Shown piece by piece: positions 47,180 through 56,864 of a stretch of 64,000 nucleotides of DNA. Numbering within the stretch: position 1 is the first letter of the stretch; each line of letters begins with the position of its first letter. The notes beneath the pieces were generated by a model. It did no database searches. It was given only the letters and a program-made list of their open reading frames with translations, and was not told where the DNA came from. The translations under genes and the position numbers were made by a program. The stretch covers positions 1 to 64,000 of the IMG/VR virus record IMGVR_UViG_3300000234_000002; one strand, written 5' to 3'. This stretch comes from a virus.

Positions 47180-48589
47180 ATGTCTTATAAAGTGTGTAGT
47201 ATATGTAAAAAAGAACTTGAAATTACAGAATTTCATAAAGATAAGTCAAGAAAAGGTGGGTTAAGAAAAGATTGTAAAGAATGTACTAAATCTAGAAATA
47301 ATCTACGTTATCAAAAGAAAAAAGAAATTGTAAAAAGTAAAATTAAAGAATATTATGATGAAGGTGGAGGAAAGGAAAAAGAAAAAGAAAGAAATTCAAT
47401 TCTTCAAGAAAAATTATTTTCCATTATGGGTAATTGTTGTAAAATATGCGGAACTGAGGAACATCTAGTAATAGATCATATTGATGGTGGTGGAAATTTA
47501 GATAGAAAGAAAACATCAAAATGGGGGTTGATAAGAAAAATACTAAGTTCAAAAGTTGATATCAAAAAGTATAGGTTACTTTGTTCAAATTGCAACATTA
47601 AAAGTCATTTTATAAATAATGTAGTTAAAATAGAGACAAAAGAAAAAACAGGGATATTAAAAGAATGTAAAACCTGTCTTGAAAATAAAGACACATCTTT
47701 ATTTCATTCACACAAAAAATATGAAGATGGTCTTTATTATGAGTGCAAAACTTGCGATAGAAATAGGGGTCAAAATATTAAAAAGAAAGTAATGGACTTT
47801 ATTGGGAATGGAATTTGTGCAAAATGTGGTGAGTCTGATATTGATAAATTATCAATAGATCATGTAACACCTGTCGGAAAAAAGAGAGAAGCTCATGGTA
47901 GTATTTTATATAGAAGATTGTTAAGGAAAAAAGAAAAGTTAGAAAATCTTCAAGTTTTATGCTTCAATTGCAACCTAGAGAAAAGTGATAAAAAACCAGT
48001 TGAATTCATCGAGTTTGAATTCATCGAATGCCAATTTAGGTACATCGATAAAGAAAGTTCAAGTTCATTTCTCGATAATTATCATTACGATGGATATGGT
48101 AGACATCAAAAATTTTCTATAGGTGTTTTCTTTGAAGATGAACTTATCTGTGTAGCAAAATTTTGTCCAGTAGTAAGACAAAACGTATCAAGTAAAACTG
48201 GTTTTACAGATTCTGAAGTTTTGGAACTTGATAGATTCTGTATCCATCCAAAAAGACATAAATATAATTTTGGTTCGTTTTCGATGTCAAAAATAATGAA
48301 AATGATTAAAAATGATTTCAAAGATATTGGGTGTTTAGTATCCTTTTCTGATAAAGAACAAGGACATAATGGGTCGCTATACAGGTCATCGAACTGGAAA
48401 TTTATTGGTGAAACGGAAAAAAGTTATTTTTATGAAAAAGATGGAGAAATCATAAAAAAGAAAGTTTTTTATGATAGAGCGAAGTCTAGTGGACTTATGG
48501 ATAATAAAACTGAAAGAGAAGTTGCTATTGAAAATGGGTATAACATCATAAAAACTGACAAAAAGTTAAAATTCATGTACAAACTCTAA
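47180..48589 (+). CDS. Zn-finger + tandem HNH-like domains + Mom-like GNAT domain
   Basis: CSICK.E..I.EF..CKEC; IDHI..LLCSNCN; IDHV..NLQVLCFNCN; ELDRFCIHP..LVSFSD..HNGSLYRSSNW. Confidence 0.75.
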   Translation: MSYKVCSICKKELEITEFHKDKSRKGGLRKDCKECTKSRNNLRYQKKKEIVKSKIKEYYDEGGGKEKEKERNSILQEKLFSIMGNCCKICGTEEHLVIDHIDGGGNLDRKKTSKWGLIRKILSSKVDIKKYRLLCSNCNIKSHFINNVVKIETKEKTGILKECKTCLENKDTSLFHSHKKYEDGLYYECKTCDRNRGQNIKKKVMDFIGNGICAKCGESDIDKLSIDHVTPVGKKREAHGSILYRRLLRKKEKLENLQVLCFNCNLEKSDKKPVEFIEFEFIECQFRYIDKESSSSFLDNYHYDGYGRHQKFSIGVFFEDELICVAKFCPVVRQNVSSKTGFTDSEVLELDRFCIHPKRHKYNFGSFSMSKIMKMIKNDFKDIGCLVSFSDKEQGHNGSLYRSSNWKFIGETEKSYFYEKDGEIIKKKVFYDRAKSSGLMDNKTEREVAIENGYNIIKTDKKLKFMYKL

Positions 48590-48607
48590 ATCAAAAGGAA
48601 ATATTTC

Positions 48608-48907
48608 ATGAAGCGCTGTTGTGATGTAATAAATCAAACCACAGGGGAACTTATCGGATACCTTGTGGAATGCCCAGCATGTAGAGATGCCGATAGATGC
48701 AGCGCCCACGTTTTCAATATCAGAAAAGACGGAAGAGGATGGGATTTCGATGGTAGCTACGAATTCCCAACGTTCTCGCCTTCAATGCTGGCTCGTGATT
48801 CACGCGGCCATATATGCCATAGTTTTGTTCGTAACGGGAAAATAGAATATCTTAGCGATTGCACACACGAGCTTGCCGGACAAACTATCGATTTACCTGA
48901 ATTATGA
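48608..48907 (+). CDS. DUF6527-like Cys/His protein
   Basis: CPAC..H..WDFDG..PTFSPSML..CHSFVRNG.I.YL.DCTHELAGQT. Confidence 0.7.
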   Translation: MKRCCDVINQTTGELIGYLVECPACRDADRCSAHVFNIRKDGRGWDFDGSYEFPTFSPSMLARDSRGHICHSFVRNGKIEYLSDCTHELAGQTIDLPEL

Positions 48908-49285
48908 CTTTTTATCGAGAAGAGAATTATATATTTGATATGTGAGTTCTTTCTTCATACTATCAGATAAGACAAAATGATATTCATTTGGTGGTTTTCC
49001 GGGTCTAGCGTCATCCATAGGATGACTTATTGCTTCACTATCACTCGGAAATCCCATTTTGACAGTAATGGTTCCGTCCGGGGCGTAAGATAGTTTATCT
49101 ATTCCTCTACTATGACCTATCCAAATATCAGCTTCTGGGGGTTCGGAACTTATTTCGCCATCGTCAGTATAAACATCAAACCCTAAACCAATAAGGAAAT
49201 TTTCCAAATCGTCGTAAAATAAACTAGCTTCTTTCGTGTCAGTATAAAGTGGATTTCCTTTGATTATAACAACCGACTTTTTCAT
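48902..49285 (-). CDS. small protein with an alpha/beta-hydrolase-like GHSRG motif
   Basis: VVIIKG..WIGHSRG..H. Confidence 0.5.
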   Translation of the reverse strand: MKKSVVIIKGNPLYTDTKEASLFYDDLENFLIGLGFDVYTDDGEISSEPPEADIWIGHSRGIDKLSYAPDGTITVKMGFPSDSEAISHPMDDARPGKPPNEYHFVLSDSMKKELTYQIYNSLLDKKS

Positions 49286-49359
49286 TAAATTAACTGATGA
49301 CTAAACTTCTAGCAAAATGTCCGGAAATTAAAAAAAATTATAATGTAATATATGGAGTC

Positions 49360-49581
49360 ATGGAAAACAAAGAAAAAACGGTTAGTGTGAGACTGGAAGT
49401 CACGAAGAACTTTTATGAATTATCTAAAAAAGTTCAAGAAACCCCTGAAATGGAAACACTCAAGGCGTTGTTCATTCAAGGAGCAAGGATAATGCAAAAA
49501 TATGGAGAGTTGAAAAAGGAAGGATGGACACTTGAATTCGTTTCTCCTGATAGATCAAAAAGCATACAGGTCATGTTATAA
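49360..49581 (+). CDS. hypothetical protein, possibly ribbon-helix-helix-like
   Basis: Start revised from 49297 to ATG 49360; TVSVRLEV then helices. Confidence 0.45.
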   Translation: MENKEKTVSVRLEVTKNFYELSKKVQETPEMETLKALFIQGARIMQKYGELKKEGWTLEFVSPDRSKSIQVML

Positions 49582-49586
49582 GAAAT

Positions 49587-49841
49587 ATGAATAATTTCAT
49601 TTATTTAAAAAGTTTTAAGGCTCAAGATATGCATAAATTGAAGATGTTATACATTTTAAAAGAAAGTTATATAAATTTTTATGATTATGAAGAAAAACTT
49701 ACAATAGGACACCCAGAGGTAAACGTTCCGGATTTGGTAATAAATGCAATAAGTAAATGCAAACTTAAGCAGGGTGAAGTTTGCATTGAAAGAGGACTGA
49801 AAATAAAAAATATATTCATGGTCGGAAATCAGAAATGTTAA
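49587..49841 (+). CDS. hypothetical protein
   Basis: Shares VPD.V...(I/L).KC with 49924-50205, likely paralogues. Confidence 0.55.
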   Translation: MNNFIYLKSFKAQDMHKLKMLYILKESYINFYDYEEKLTIGHPEVNVPDLVINAISKCKLKQGEVCIERGLKIKNIFMVGNQKC

Positions 49842-49923
49842 GACGTAATGTCCGTTATGGAGGAAAAGTAGTATTTGAAAGAAATGGCCTAAAAGTCATA
49901 AATAAGGATCGTTTTAAGCACTA

Positions 49924-50205
49924 ATGTTTGATTTTTACATAGAAATAAAGAAATTTCAAAAGAAAGAACATGTAGTTCAGTTATTCATTTTGAAAGAAAA
50001 TCGTTATAAATTTGCAATGGAAATCCTATTAAATAGGATTAATAGAAACACCATAAAAATTTCGGTGAACAACCTTGAGAGTCTCGGGTTGGAAGTACCC
50101 GATATAGTTCTGAAATTCTTGAATAAATGTGAATATGAAGACGGATATCTAACAATAGATAAAGGAAGAATTACGATTATTGAACCAGTAGAAAATGTAA
50201 TTTAA
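49924..50205 (+). CDS. hypothetical protein
   Basis: FILKE..VPDIV..LNKC similar to the preceding ORF. Confidence 0.55.
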   Translation: MFDFYIEIKKFQKKEHVVQLFILKENRYKFAMEILLNRINRNTIKISVNNLESLGLEVPDIVLKFLNKCEYEDGYLTIDKGRITIIEPVENVI

Positions 50206-50208
50206 AAA

Positions 50209-50451
50209 ATGAAAAATCTCGAAAAAGCGCTATCCGGGACACATGAAATAAGAATCATAGTTAACGCTGATGAATTTGAAGACCTTATGGATTGGAATAA
50301 AGTTATTGCAGAATTGCGTAAGAATAAAACATGTGTGTATATTTCGATGTATCCAGTACAACCACATACTTCAAATTATGAAATGACGTTCCCTGAAAAC
50401 GGAGCTTTGGGTACAGAAACGATTGAGTTGAAAACTGAGAAAATATTTTAA
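50209..50451 (+). CDS. hypothetical protein
   Basis: 80 aa, box gTAATTT 5 nt upstream. Confidence 0.55.
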   Translation: MKNLEKALSGTHEIRIIVNADEFEDLMDWNKVIAELRKNKTCVYISMYPVQPHTSNYEMTFPENGALGTETIELKTEKIF

Positions 50452-51062
50452 TTCTGAGCCCAATAAACGATCTTCATCCAGTCGGGGTGCTCGTGACACT
50501 TTTTGCAGTGATCTCTTCTGACTGAATACTTTTTCTTCAAAACAACGCCATGAATGAATCCGGAGCGGGTTCCGGCATCTTTGTGAACTGTTGCAATACC
50601 GCGAATCATTCTTTCATTTTCAATATTTGCATCAAATTTTTCGACGATGGAAATTGAACTTGTGTTGAGGTTCAAATCCTCAAGGATGTTTCTTCTTTCA
50701 TTATAATTCTTTTTTGAAGTCATATTAAAATTCATTGAAACAACGTCCCAAAAAGTCAGTTTGCAAATAACTGATTTATTATGCCTCCAGCTTCCTCTCT
50801 TGGATGGAGTCCAGATTTCTCCGTCAAGAATTGTTCCATTAGGAATATTTGAACTCTTGAGCTCTTCGGTCAAATTATCAGTAATTTCCATTGAAACCTT
50901 GTCTCGCGTATAAAATTCGAATTTATTATTCATTTTATAAAGAAGAATACGGAAGCCGTCATACTTTGGCTCCATCACATAACCCGACAAGTCAATAGAC
51001 CCAAAAATGTCGTCGTTAACTCTGACGGGCTTTTGTGGATACATCCACCAATAGGGCTTCAT
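50448..51062 (-). CDS. ATP-dependent ligase-like adenylation domain only
   Basis: EPKYDGFR, ILDGEI, FWDVV, IHGVVLK, WMKI; no OB domain. Confidence 0.8.
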   Translation of the reverse strand: MKPYWWMYPQKPVRVNDDIFGSIDLSGYVMEPKYDGFRILLYKMNNKFEFYTRDKVSMEITDNLTEELKSSNIPNGTILDGEIWTPSKRGSWRHNKSVICKLTFWDVVSMNFNMTSKKNYNERRNILEDLNLNTSSISIVEKFDANIENERMIRGIATVHKDAGTRSGFIHGVVLKKKYSVRRDHCKKCHEHPDWMKIVYWAQN

Positions 51063-51091
51063 GAAAACAGTTAAAAAGATTAAAACTAAAT

Positions 51092-51313
51092 TTACAAACT
51101 TTTGTGAGAGATTGATATAACAGAATTCCCAATGTTAAAAGTATGAATTTTGCGAATAACAGCCCCTGGAATATTATCAATTACTTTCCCGTCAATATCT
51201 TTAATATGAGAAAAATGTCTTTCTGTCATAGTGGCTGGCTTATATCTAATACCGTTATGTAGAATATAAAGTTCTTCTTTTTCAAGATTTATCGATAGAA
51301 TTAAATTCAACAC
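51092..51313 (-). CDS. hypothetical protein
   Basis: 73 aa, box gTAATTT 4 nt upstream of GTG. Confidence 0.45.
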   Translation of the reverse strand: MLNLILSINLEKEELYILHNGIRYKPATMTERHFSHIKDIDGKVIDNIPGAVIRKIHTFNIGNSVISISHKSL

Positions 51314-51320
51314 ATCAAAA

Positions 51321-53030
51321 TTACATTGCTAAATATTTATCCCAAACACTTTCTTTGGAATCAACGATCCTGTATTCAGAATTTGAAAGAATACTTGCAA
51401 CAGTTCTCGATTTCTTGTTTTTTATGGCATCAGATCGAACGTAGTTACTTTTATCTTTTTCTAAAATGTCTAATACCTCAACAGGGGTATTCGGATTTTG
51501 AGCCAATTGCAGACGAACGGAAGGTTCAGGATCTTTTGCTAATTTTTTGGATATCTCCAAAGGAAGATTTGGATTACTAGCTAAATTACCTCTAATTCCC
51601 TCATCAGAACTGTTGGCGAAATCAGAAAGAATGTGAGGTGGGGTGTTGGGATTGGAAACAACATTTTGGATAACAATAAAATTCGTTTCTTTAGACATTT
51701 CTTCAAGTAAATGAGGAGGAGCGCTCGGGTTTTTTGAAACGAGGAAATGACTTATCGAGTCCTTATCATTTGCTAATTCTTCAAGAATGAATTGAGGAGA
51801 ATTAGGATTCTCAGCTAAACTTTCGGAAAACTTTCCAGTTCCATATAAGTCAACAAGAACTTCATGAGGAGTGTTAGGATTTACTGAAGCGGCTTTTACG
51901 ACTTCAATTTTGGGATCTTTAGCAAGAATTTCAAGAATATCTGAAGGAGTGTTGTGATTATACGCGACGTTCATACGAATGACATCTTTAGAATTTTTCG
52001 ATAAAATAGAAAGAACATTAGGTGGTGTTTTTCGGTTGTTTGAAATTGCTTCGTTAACCTTATAAATGTCAAGACCAACAAGCTTTTCGAAAATATGTGG
52101 TGGAGTGTTGTGATTATAAGCAATTTTCAGAATAACATCAGGATCTTCATCATCACTCAACAACTCGAGCATATAAGGCGTTATATGCTTGCTGCGAAAG
52201 ATTACGGATTTTATTTTTTCATTGTCATTCTTAACAAGGTCTTCTTGTTCTTTTTGACTTATTGACTCTCCGGAACCAAACTTCGCAAGTGCACTCTTTG
52301 GGGCGTCTTTAGCTTTTTGATCGCAAATCGTGTCTATTTTAGAAAAACTTTCTCCTAAATATTTTGATATCGTAGATTTAGATATTTGATCATCAAGTGA
52401 ACTCCAAAATATTTTTTCTTTAGTGTTGTTATCAATATCTCTCTGATAGGATATAGCGATTTTATAAAGTGGATCCGAGATATCAGATTTTTTGTTTAGT
52501 ATGAAAAAGAAAACAGTATTATCGAGCTGATATTGCTCATAATAAGATTTTCCTTTCATCGTTACACACCATTTTGAGCCTTTTCCATGAAATACTGAAG
52601 CCGCTTTGTTTTTAATCCACAAAACCTCAAAATCATCGTTTTCAAATAATTTTTCGGAATCCGGTACCTCTTCTAACTTATAACGCTTATCAGCTTTATC
52701 CTTCTTTAAACTTTTCTGTTCTTTTAATTCAAGAAGCTTATCTCTAAGTTCCGTGAATTCGTTAACTTTATACTGATAAATATCGCGTTTGTCGAGTTTT
52801 GGACTGAACTTTTCAAAAAGTTCAACAACATCAGCAATTTCTTCCGATAAAGCTTGGTTTGAATCAAGAATCTTGAGTTCCCATTCAAGGTATTTACTTC
52901 TACCCCTAGATGGATCCCTTTCGCTGAAATACTCGATTTCCTCTTCATAATGAGGAAATCGAGCTAATGCATCTTTCTTAGATAACGCCGCTGTTTTTAT
53001 AATCAAACTAGCAATACGACTAAAATCCAT
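51321..53030 (-). CDS. alpha-solenoid (LRV/HEAT-like repeat) protein, paralogue 2
   Basis: N-terminal half nearly identical to 24059-25852; NPNTP repeats. Confidence 0.8.
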   Translation of the reverse strand: MDFSRIASLIIKTAALSKKDALARFPHYEEEIEYFSERDPSRGRSKYLEWELKILDSNQALSEEIADVVELFEKFSPKLDKRDIYQYKVNEFTELRDKLLELKEQKSLKKDKADKRYKLEEVPDSEKLFENDDFEVLWIKNKAASVFHGKGSKWCVTMKGKSYYEQYQLDNTVFFFILNKKSDISDPLYKIAISYQRDIDNNTKEKIFWSSLDDQISKSTISKYLGESFSKIDTICDQKAKDAPKSALAKFGSGESISQKEQEDLVKNDNEKIKSVIFRSKHITPYMLELLSDDEDPDVILKIAYNHNTPPHIFEKLVGLDIYKVNEAISNNRKTPPNVLSILSKNSKDVIRMNVAYNHNTPSDILEILAKDPKIEVVKAASVNPNTPHEVLVDLYGTGKFSESLAENPNSPQFILEELANDKDSISHFLVSKNPSAPPHLLEEMSKETNFIVIQNVVSNPNTPPHILSDFANSSDEGIRGNLASNPNLPLEISKKLAKDPEPSVRLQLAQNPNTPVEVLDILEKDKSNYVRSDAIKNKKSRTVASILSNSEYRIVDSKESVWDKYLAM

Positions 53031-53053
53031 ATGTAAAAATACAGAAAAAAGAC

Positions 53054-54595
53054 TTAAGAAGATCTCAGAATAAAATCAGGAAGATTGCTCTGTCCCATGG
53101 AGTGTTCATACCTCACAGAAGGAGAAGCATGATTGAATGGAATATTAAGTTTTAGTCTAACATCACTTTCAACCCAATTACGAAGTTCAACTATCTGCTC
53201 AGATGATAAATGATCGGTAAAGGTATAAGACTTATATCCACCATTAGGATCACCTTTATAATATTCAGATACTTCCGTAAAATCAACATCATAAGCGTGA
53301 AGCCTGTCACCAGTTCTTGGGCTCGTGTAAGTCCAAACGTTATCAAATTCTTGATTCTTATAAGCTTCATCATAATAAGGGGTTCCGGGATAAGTGGTGA
53401 TCACGGTGCAATCAAAATCCGCAGGCTTTGACTTTATAAGCCAATCATGAACAGCACGAATAGAGTTTTCACTCTCTCCAGCATGACCTATACTCATCAA
53501 CGCTTTCACCTTTAAATCATATTTATTGGCTATATCCATAACATTATCGTTGTCTTCTACGGTTGCCCTCTTCTGTATGTTAGTCAGGATTCTGGGGTCT
53601 GCAGCTTCGAATCCGCAAAGAAGCCACCTGAAGCCAGCACGATACATCGAAGATGCCTGTTCTTCGTTAAATAACTCGGACTTAATGAAGCCTCTTAGAC
53701 TAAAATCCACACCGAGTTCCGATTGCAAATCGGAAATTTTATTCATGAGGTCAACAAGACCTTTATTCACGTTGAGTTCATCATCATAAAACATGAAACC
53801 AGTATGACCATAAGTCTCGTGAAGGAATTTGATTTCTTTAATAATGCTTTCCGAGCTTCTAGTTCTTATCATTCGGAGGCTTTTTGAATTTCTCCCACCA
53901 CAATAAGCACAAGCAAAAGGACAACCGAGCTGAGCAATAAGACTCGTCGACGGCTTCCCATCGATCATATATTTATAGCTTTTAGCATCAACAAGGTGTC
54001 TGGCCGGATAAGGGCTAGCTTCATATACTTCATCATCCATGAAGTATTCACCTTTATGATCGTCAGCATCTATCAACTTAGGGGAGTCAGGTCTTAAAGC
54101 AGTAAATATTGAATATTCTCCGTCACCAGAAACTAAGACATCAACTAAATTTTGAAGTTTATCGAAAGCCCTGTGGGCTCTATCGGCTCTTTTTTGTTTG
54201 ACCTCCATCTTTCTAGCTGAATCCACTAGAGTAATGTGAGGTCCGCCAAGAATGATTTTCAAATCAGGTCTAACACTTCGAATTCTTTCGATAATGAGCT
54301 TTACAGCTGGGAGCTGAGGAGTCGTGGTGGTTATTCCGATTGCTATATCATTACAATCTTTAGTATAAGATTCCACAACGTCCAAATAATTACTAATTCC
54401 GCTCGTATCTATGACGTTTACTTTATAACCAGCGCTTTCTAACGAAGACGCGACTTTGAGAACACCGAGACTCATAAAAACTCTTTCGTCGAGTAGAAAT
54501 AAAGAAGGAGGAATCAATAAAGAAACACTTTTACCCTTACCACTGTCGATTTTAATTTTACTGGAAAGAATTGGAAGAGTTAACATCAGGCCCAA
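53054..54595 (-). CDS. B12-binding radical SAM enzyme (class B methyltransferase-like)
   Basis: SLGVLKVASSL, ILGGPH, GDGE, LGCPFACAYC, FYDDE, GFEAAD. Confidence 0.9.
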   Translation of the reverse strand: MGLMLTLPILSSKIKIDSGKGKSVSLLIPPSLFLLDERVFMSLGVLKVASSLESAGYKVNVIDTSGISNYLDVVESYTKDCNDIAIGITTTTPQLPAVKLIIERIRSVRPDLKIILGGPHITLVDSARKMEVKQKRADRAHRAFDKLQNLVDVLVSGDGEYSIFTALRPDSPKLIDADDHKGEYFMDDEVYEASPYPARHLVDAKSYKYMIDGKPSTSLIAQLGCPFACAYCGGRNSKSLRMIRTRSSESIIKEIKFLHETYGHTGFMFYDDELNVNKGLVDLMNKISDLQSELGVDFSLRGFIKSELFNEEQASSMYRAGFRWLLCGFEAADPRILTNIQKRATVEDNDNVMDIANKYDLKVKALMSIGHAGESENSIRAVHDWLIKSKPADFDCTVITTYPGTPYYDEAYKNQEFDNVWTYTSPRTGDRLHAYDVDFTEVSEYYKGDPNGGYKSYTFTDHLSSEQIVELRNWVESDVRLKLNIPFNHASPSVRYEHSMGQSNLPDFILRSS

Positions 54596-55725
54596 CCTCT
54601 TTCTTTTTTAGCGTCAAGTACAATCTTTTCTAAATCAGAGGATATTTTTTCCCAAGTATACTGTTTACTGAGTTCCATACCTAAATTTGAATATTTGTCT
54701 CTAGTTTCTTTATTTTTGAGAGTTTCAATTATCATATCAGAGTAGATTTTTTCTTTACCACCGAATGGTGTCTCTATCATCTGAACACTACCGCCATATA
54801 ATTCCCCTAAGGCATCTTGGTTCGTTATAATAGGGACAGTTCCAGAAGCACATGCTTCCATGATAGAAACTGAAAAACCCTCGGTATAAGACATCGTTTC
54901 ACAAGGGTAAGCAAGAACTTCTGCTTTATTAAATTCTTCACGTATTCTGTTGCGACTAACAGAATCGTGCAGATGAACGTTCATTTTTGCATTTTTCTTA
55001 AAACGTTTGAAACACTCTATTATATATTTTGCTCTGTTTGAAGATTCGGCATAGGTATAATGGTAACCAGGATTGACGTCTACGAAATGATCAAGCCAGT
55101 TTTTTATTTTGTAAAAAATATGAAGTTCTGCGTGGGGAACAGCTTCAATAACATTTGGCCATATAGAAAGTAAATTGTGAAGACCTCTGTCAGGAGAGGA
55201 AGCCCAAATCACTCTTCCAGGAATTTTGTTGCTCGTGTCATAAGAAGAAGGATCACAGCCGTTATGGAGAACTCTCCATTTATTGAAATGAGGAGTTAAA
55301 ACACCGACATTTTGTCGATGTGATTCAGAAGGACTAGTCCATATATCAACAAAATCATCATAATCAGGAAGACAATGTTCAAAAGAATTTATTTGGAGAT
55401 TACAAAGCCTTATTATTTTCCAACTTATGAATCTAAGATAATTCGGTTCATTCCATGAAATTGCGAAATCATAGTTATTGCTAGTGTTAACCTGATCTTG
55501 TATGTGTTCAAGAGGAATTATATGAATACCATTCCATTCCATAGGACCATGAGTTGTATCCATGAAAATGGATATATCATGACCCCTAGATTGGAGTACT
55601 CTTGCTATTGATATAAAAGAATATTCAGAACCGGTGAGACCTCTTGGGTTCGAATAAATATCTTCTGAAAAATTAAATTTATATCCAGCGGTACACCAAG
55701 GACTGTAAATAAATGCAGCTTTCAT
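54586..55725 (-). CDS. GT4-type glycosyltransferase
   Basis: GLTGSE, SSPDRGL, EGFSVSIMEACASG, YTWE. Confidence 0.88.
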   Translation of the reverse strand: MKAAFIYSPWCTAGYKFNFSEDIYSNPRGLTGSEYSFISIARVLQSRGHDISIFMDTTHGPMEWNGIHIIPLEHIQDQVNTSNNYDFAISWNEPNYLRFISWKIIRLCNLQINSFEHCLPDYDDFVDIWTSPSESHRQNVGVLTPHFNKWRVLHNGCDPSSYDTSNKIPGRVIWASSPDRGLHNLLSIWPNVIEAVPHAELHIFYKIKNWLDHFVDVNPGYHYTYAESSNRAKYIIECFKRFKKNAKMNVHLHDSVSRNRIREEFNKAEVLAYPCETMSYTEGFSVSIMEACASGTVPIITNQDALGELYGGSVQMIETPFGGKEKIYSDMIIETLKNKETRDKYSNLGMELSKQYTWEKISSDLEKIVLDAKKERGWA

Positions 55726-56864
55726 ATATAACTCGGTAGTCCTTCTTTTCCGCGAGTCAAAATTGTCTGTTCAAGTCTATCAGTTAGAATAGACCACTCG
55801 AATTTTTCGGAATGTTTGCGACACGAATCTGACATATGAGATTTTAAAGATTCACTATTTAATGCATGTAAAAGTTTTTCGGTATACTGAGATTTCTTTC
55901 CTTCATAAGGCGGCTCGACAAATAATGAAACGGGAGACCAAAGCTCTTTGAAGCAATCGTCAGCGCATATGACCGGAACAGTCCCGGAAGCGCAAGCCTC
56001 AAGTATAGAAACACCAAAAGTTTCAGTGTAATGAACTGCATCTAAAGGATAAGCCATAATCTCTGATGTAGAAATTTCTTCACGAATTCTGTTTCTACTA
56101 ACAGATCCATGAGGAAAAATATTATAACCGGAAGACATTCTCTTCATTGCCTCTTTTGAATATAATGAACGCATACCGAGTTCAGTGTTCATAACACCTC
56201 TTTCGGTCTTATTATTGAAGTCTATGGCGTTACAAAAAGCATCAAGGCCACTGAAATCATAAAAAATATGAAGGCTTGCATCAGGTACTTCAGAAATTAT
56301 TCTAGGCCAAATTTCCAAAAGCCTATGTAAACCTCTATCATGAGAGGAAGCCCAAACAACTTTGTTTTTTACTTTTTTCGATGGTTTAAAATCTTTTAAA
56401 TCAACGCCATTATAACATATCTTAATTTTTTCTTTTGGAAATGAGGTATACCTCATTAAATAATCGGCGTGGGAATAAGAAAGTGGAGTTAAAATATCCA
56501 CATAGTCTTCCCATCCAACAGGGCAGCTGAAAAAGTCAGAAACTTGCTGGTTGAAAATCTTTAAAACATCATTATTAGCAAGCGCCAACGGACGAGGATC
56601 CATCCACGACAAAAGAGCGCCCCAGTCTTGCTTACAGTAAATGTCTTCCCATTCTTTATAAGGACAAAGTGTCACACCATAAGTATTCCCGGCGTGAGGG
56701 AACCTCGAAAATAATGTTACTTCATGTCCTTTCTTAGCTAAATTTATTGCGTAAGAAAAACATGATATTTCGGATCCAGTCATACCACGACTTGAATCCC
56801 AAAGATTATTTGGGTCGAAGTCATGTCTTACGCAGAAATCAGGATAGAAAAAACCTATTCTCAC
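55722..56864 (-). CDS. GT4-type glycosyltransferase
   Basis: GMTGSE, NGVD, SSHDRGL, ETFGVSILEACASG, FEWS. Confidence 0.88.
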   Translation of the reverse strand: MRIGFFYPDFCVRHDFDPNNLWDSSRGMTGSEISCFSYAINLAKKGHEVTLFSRFPHAGNTYGVTLCPYKEWEDIYCKQDWGALLSWMDPRPLALANNDVLKIFNQQVSDFFSCPVGWEDYVDILTPLSYSHADYLMRYTSFPKEKIKICYNGVDLKDFKPSKKVKNKVVWASSHDRGLHRLLEIWPRIISEVPDASLHIFYDFSGLDAFCNAIDFNNKTERGVMNTELGMRSLYSKEAMKRMSSGYNIFPHGSVSRNRIREEISTSEIMAYPLDAVHYTETFGVSILEACASGTVPVICADDCFKELWSPVSLFVEPPYEGKKSQYTEKLLHALNSESLKSHMSDSCRKHSEKFEWSILTDRLEQTILTRGKEGLPSYI

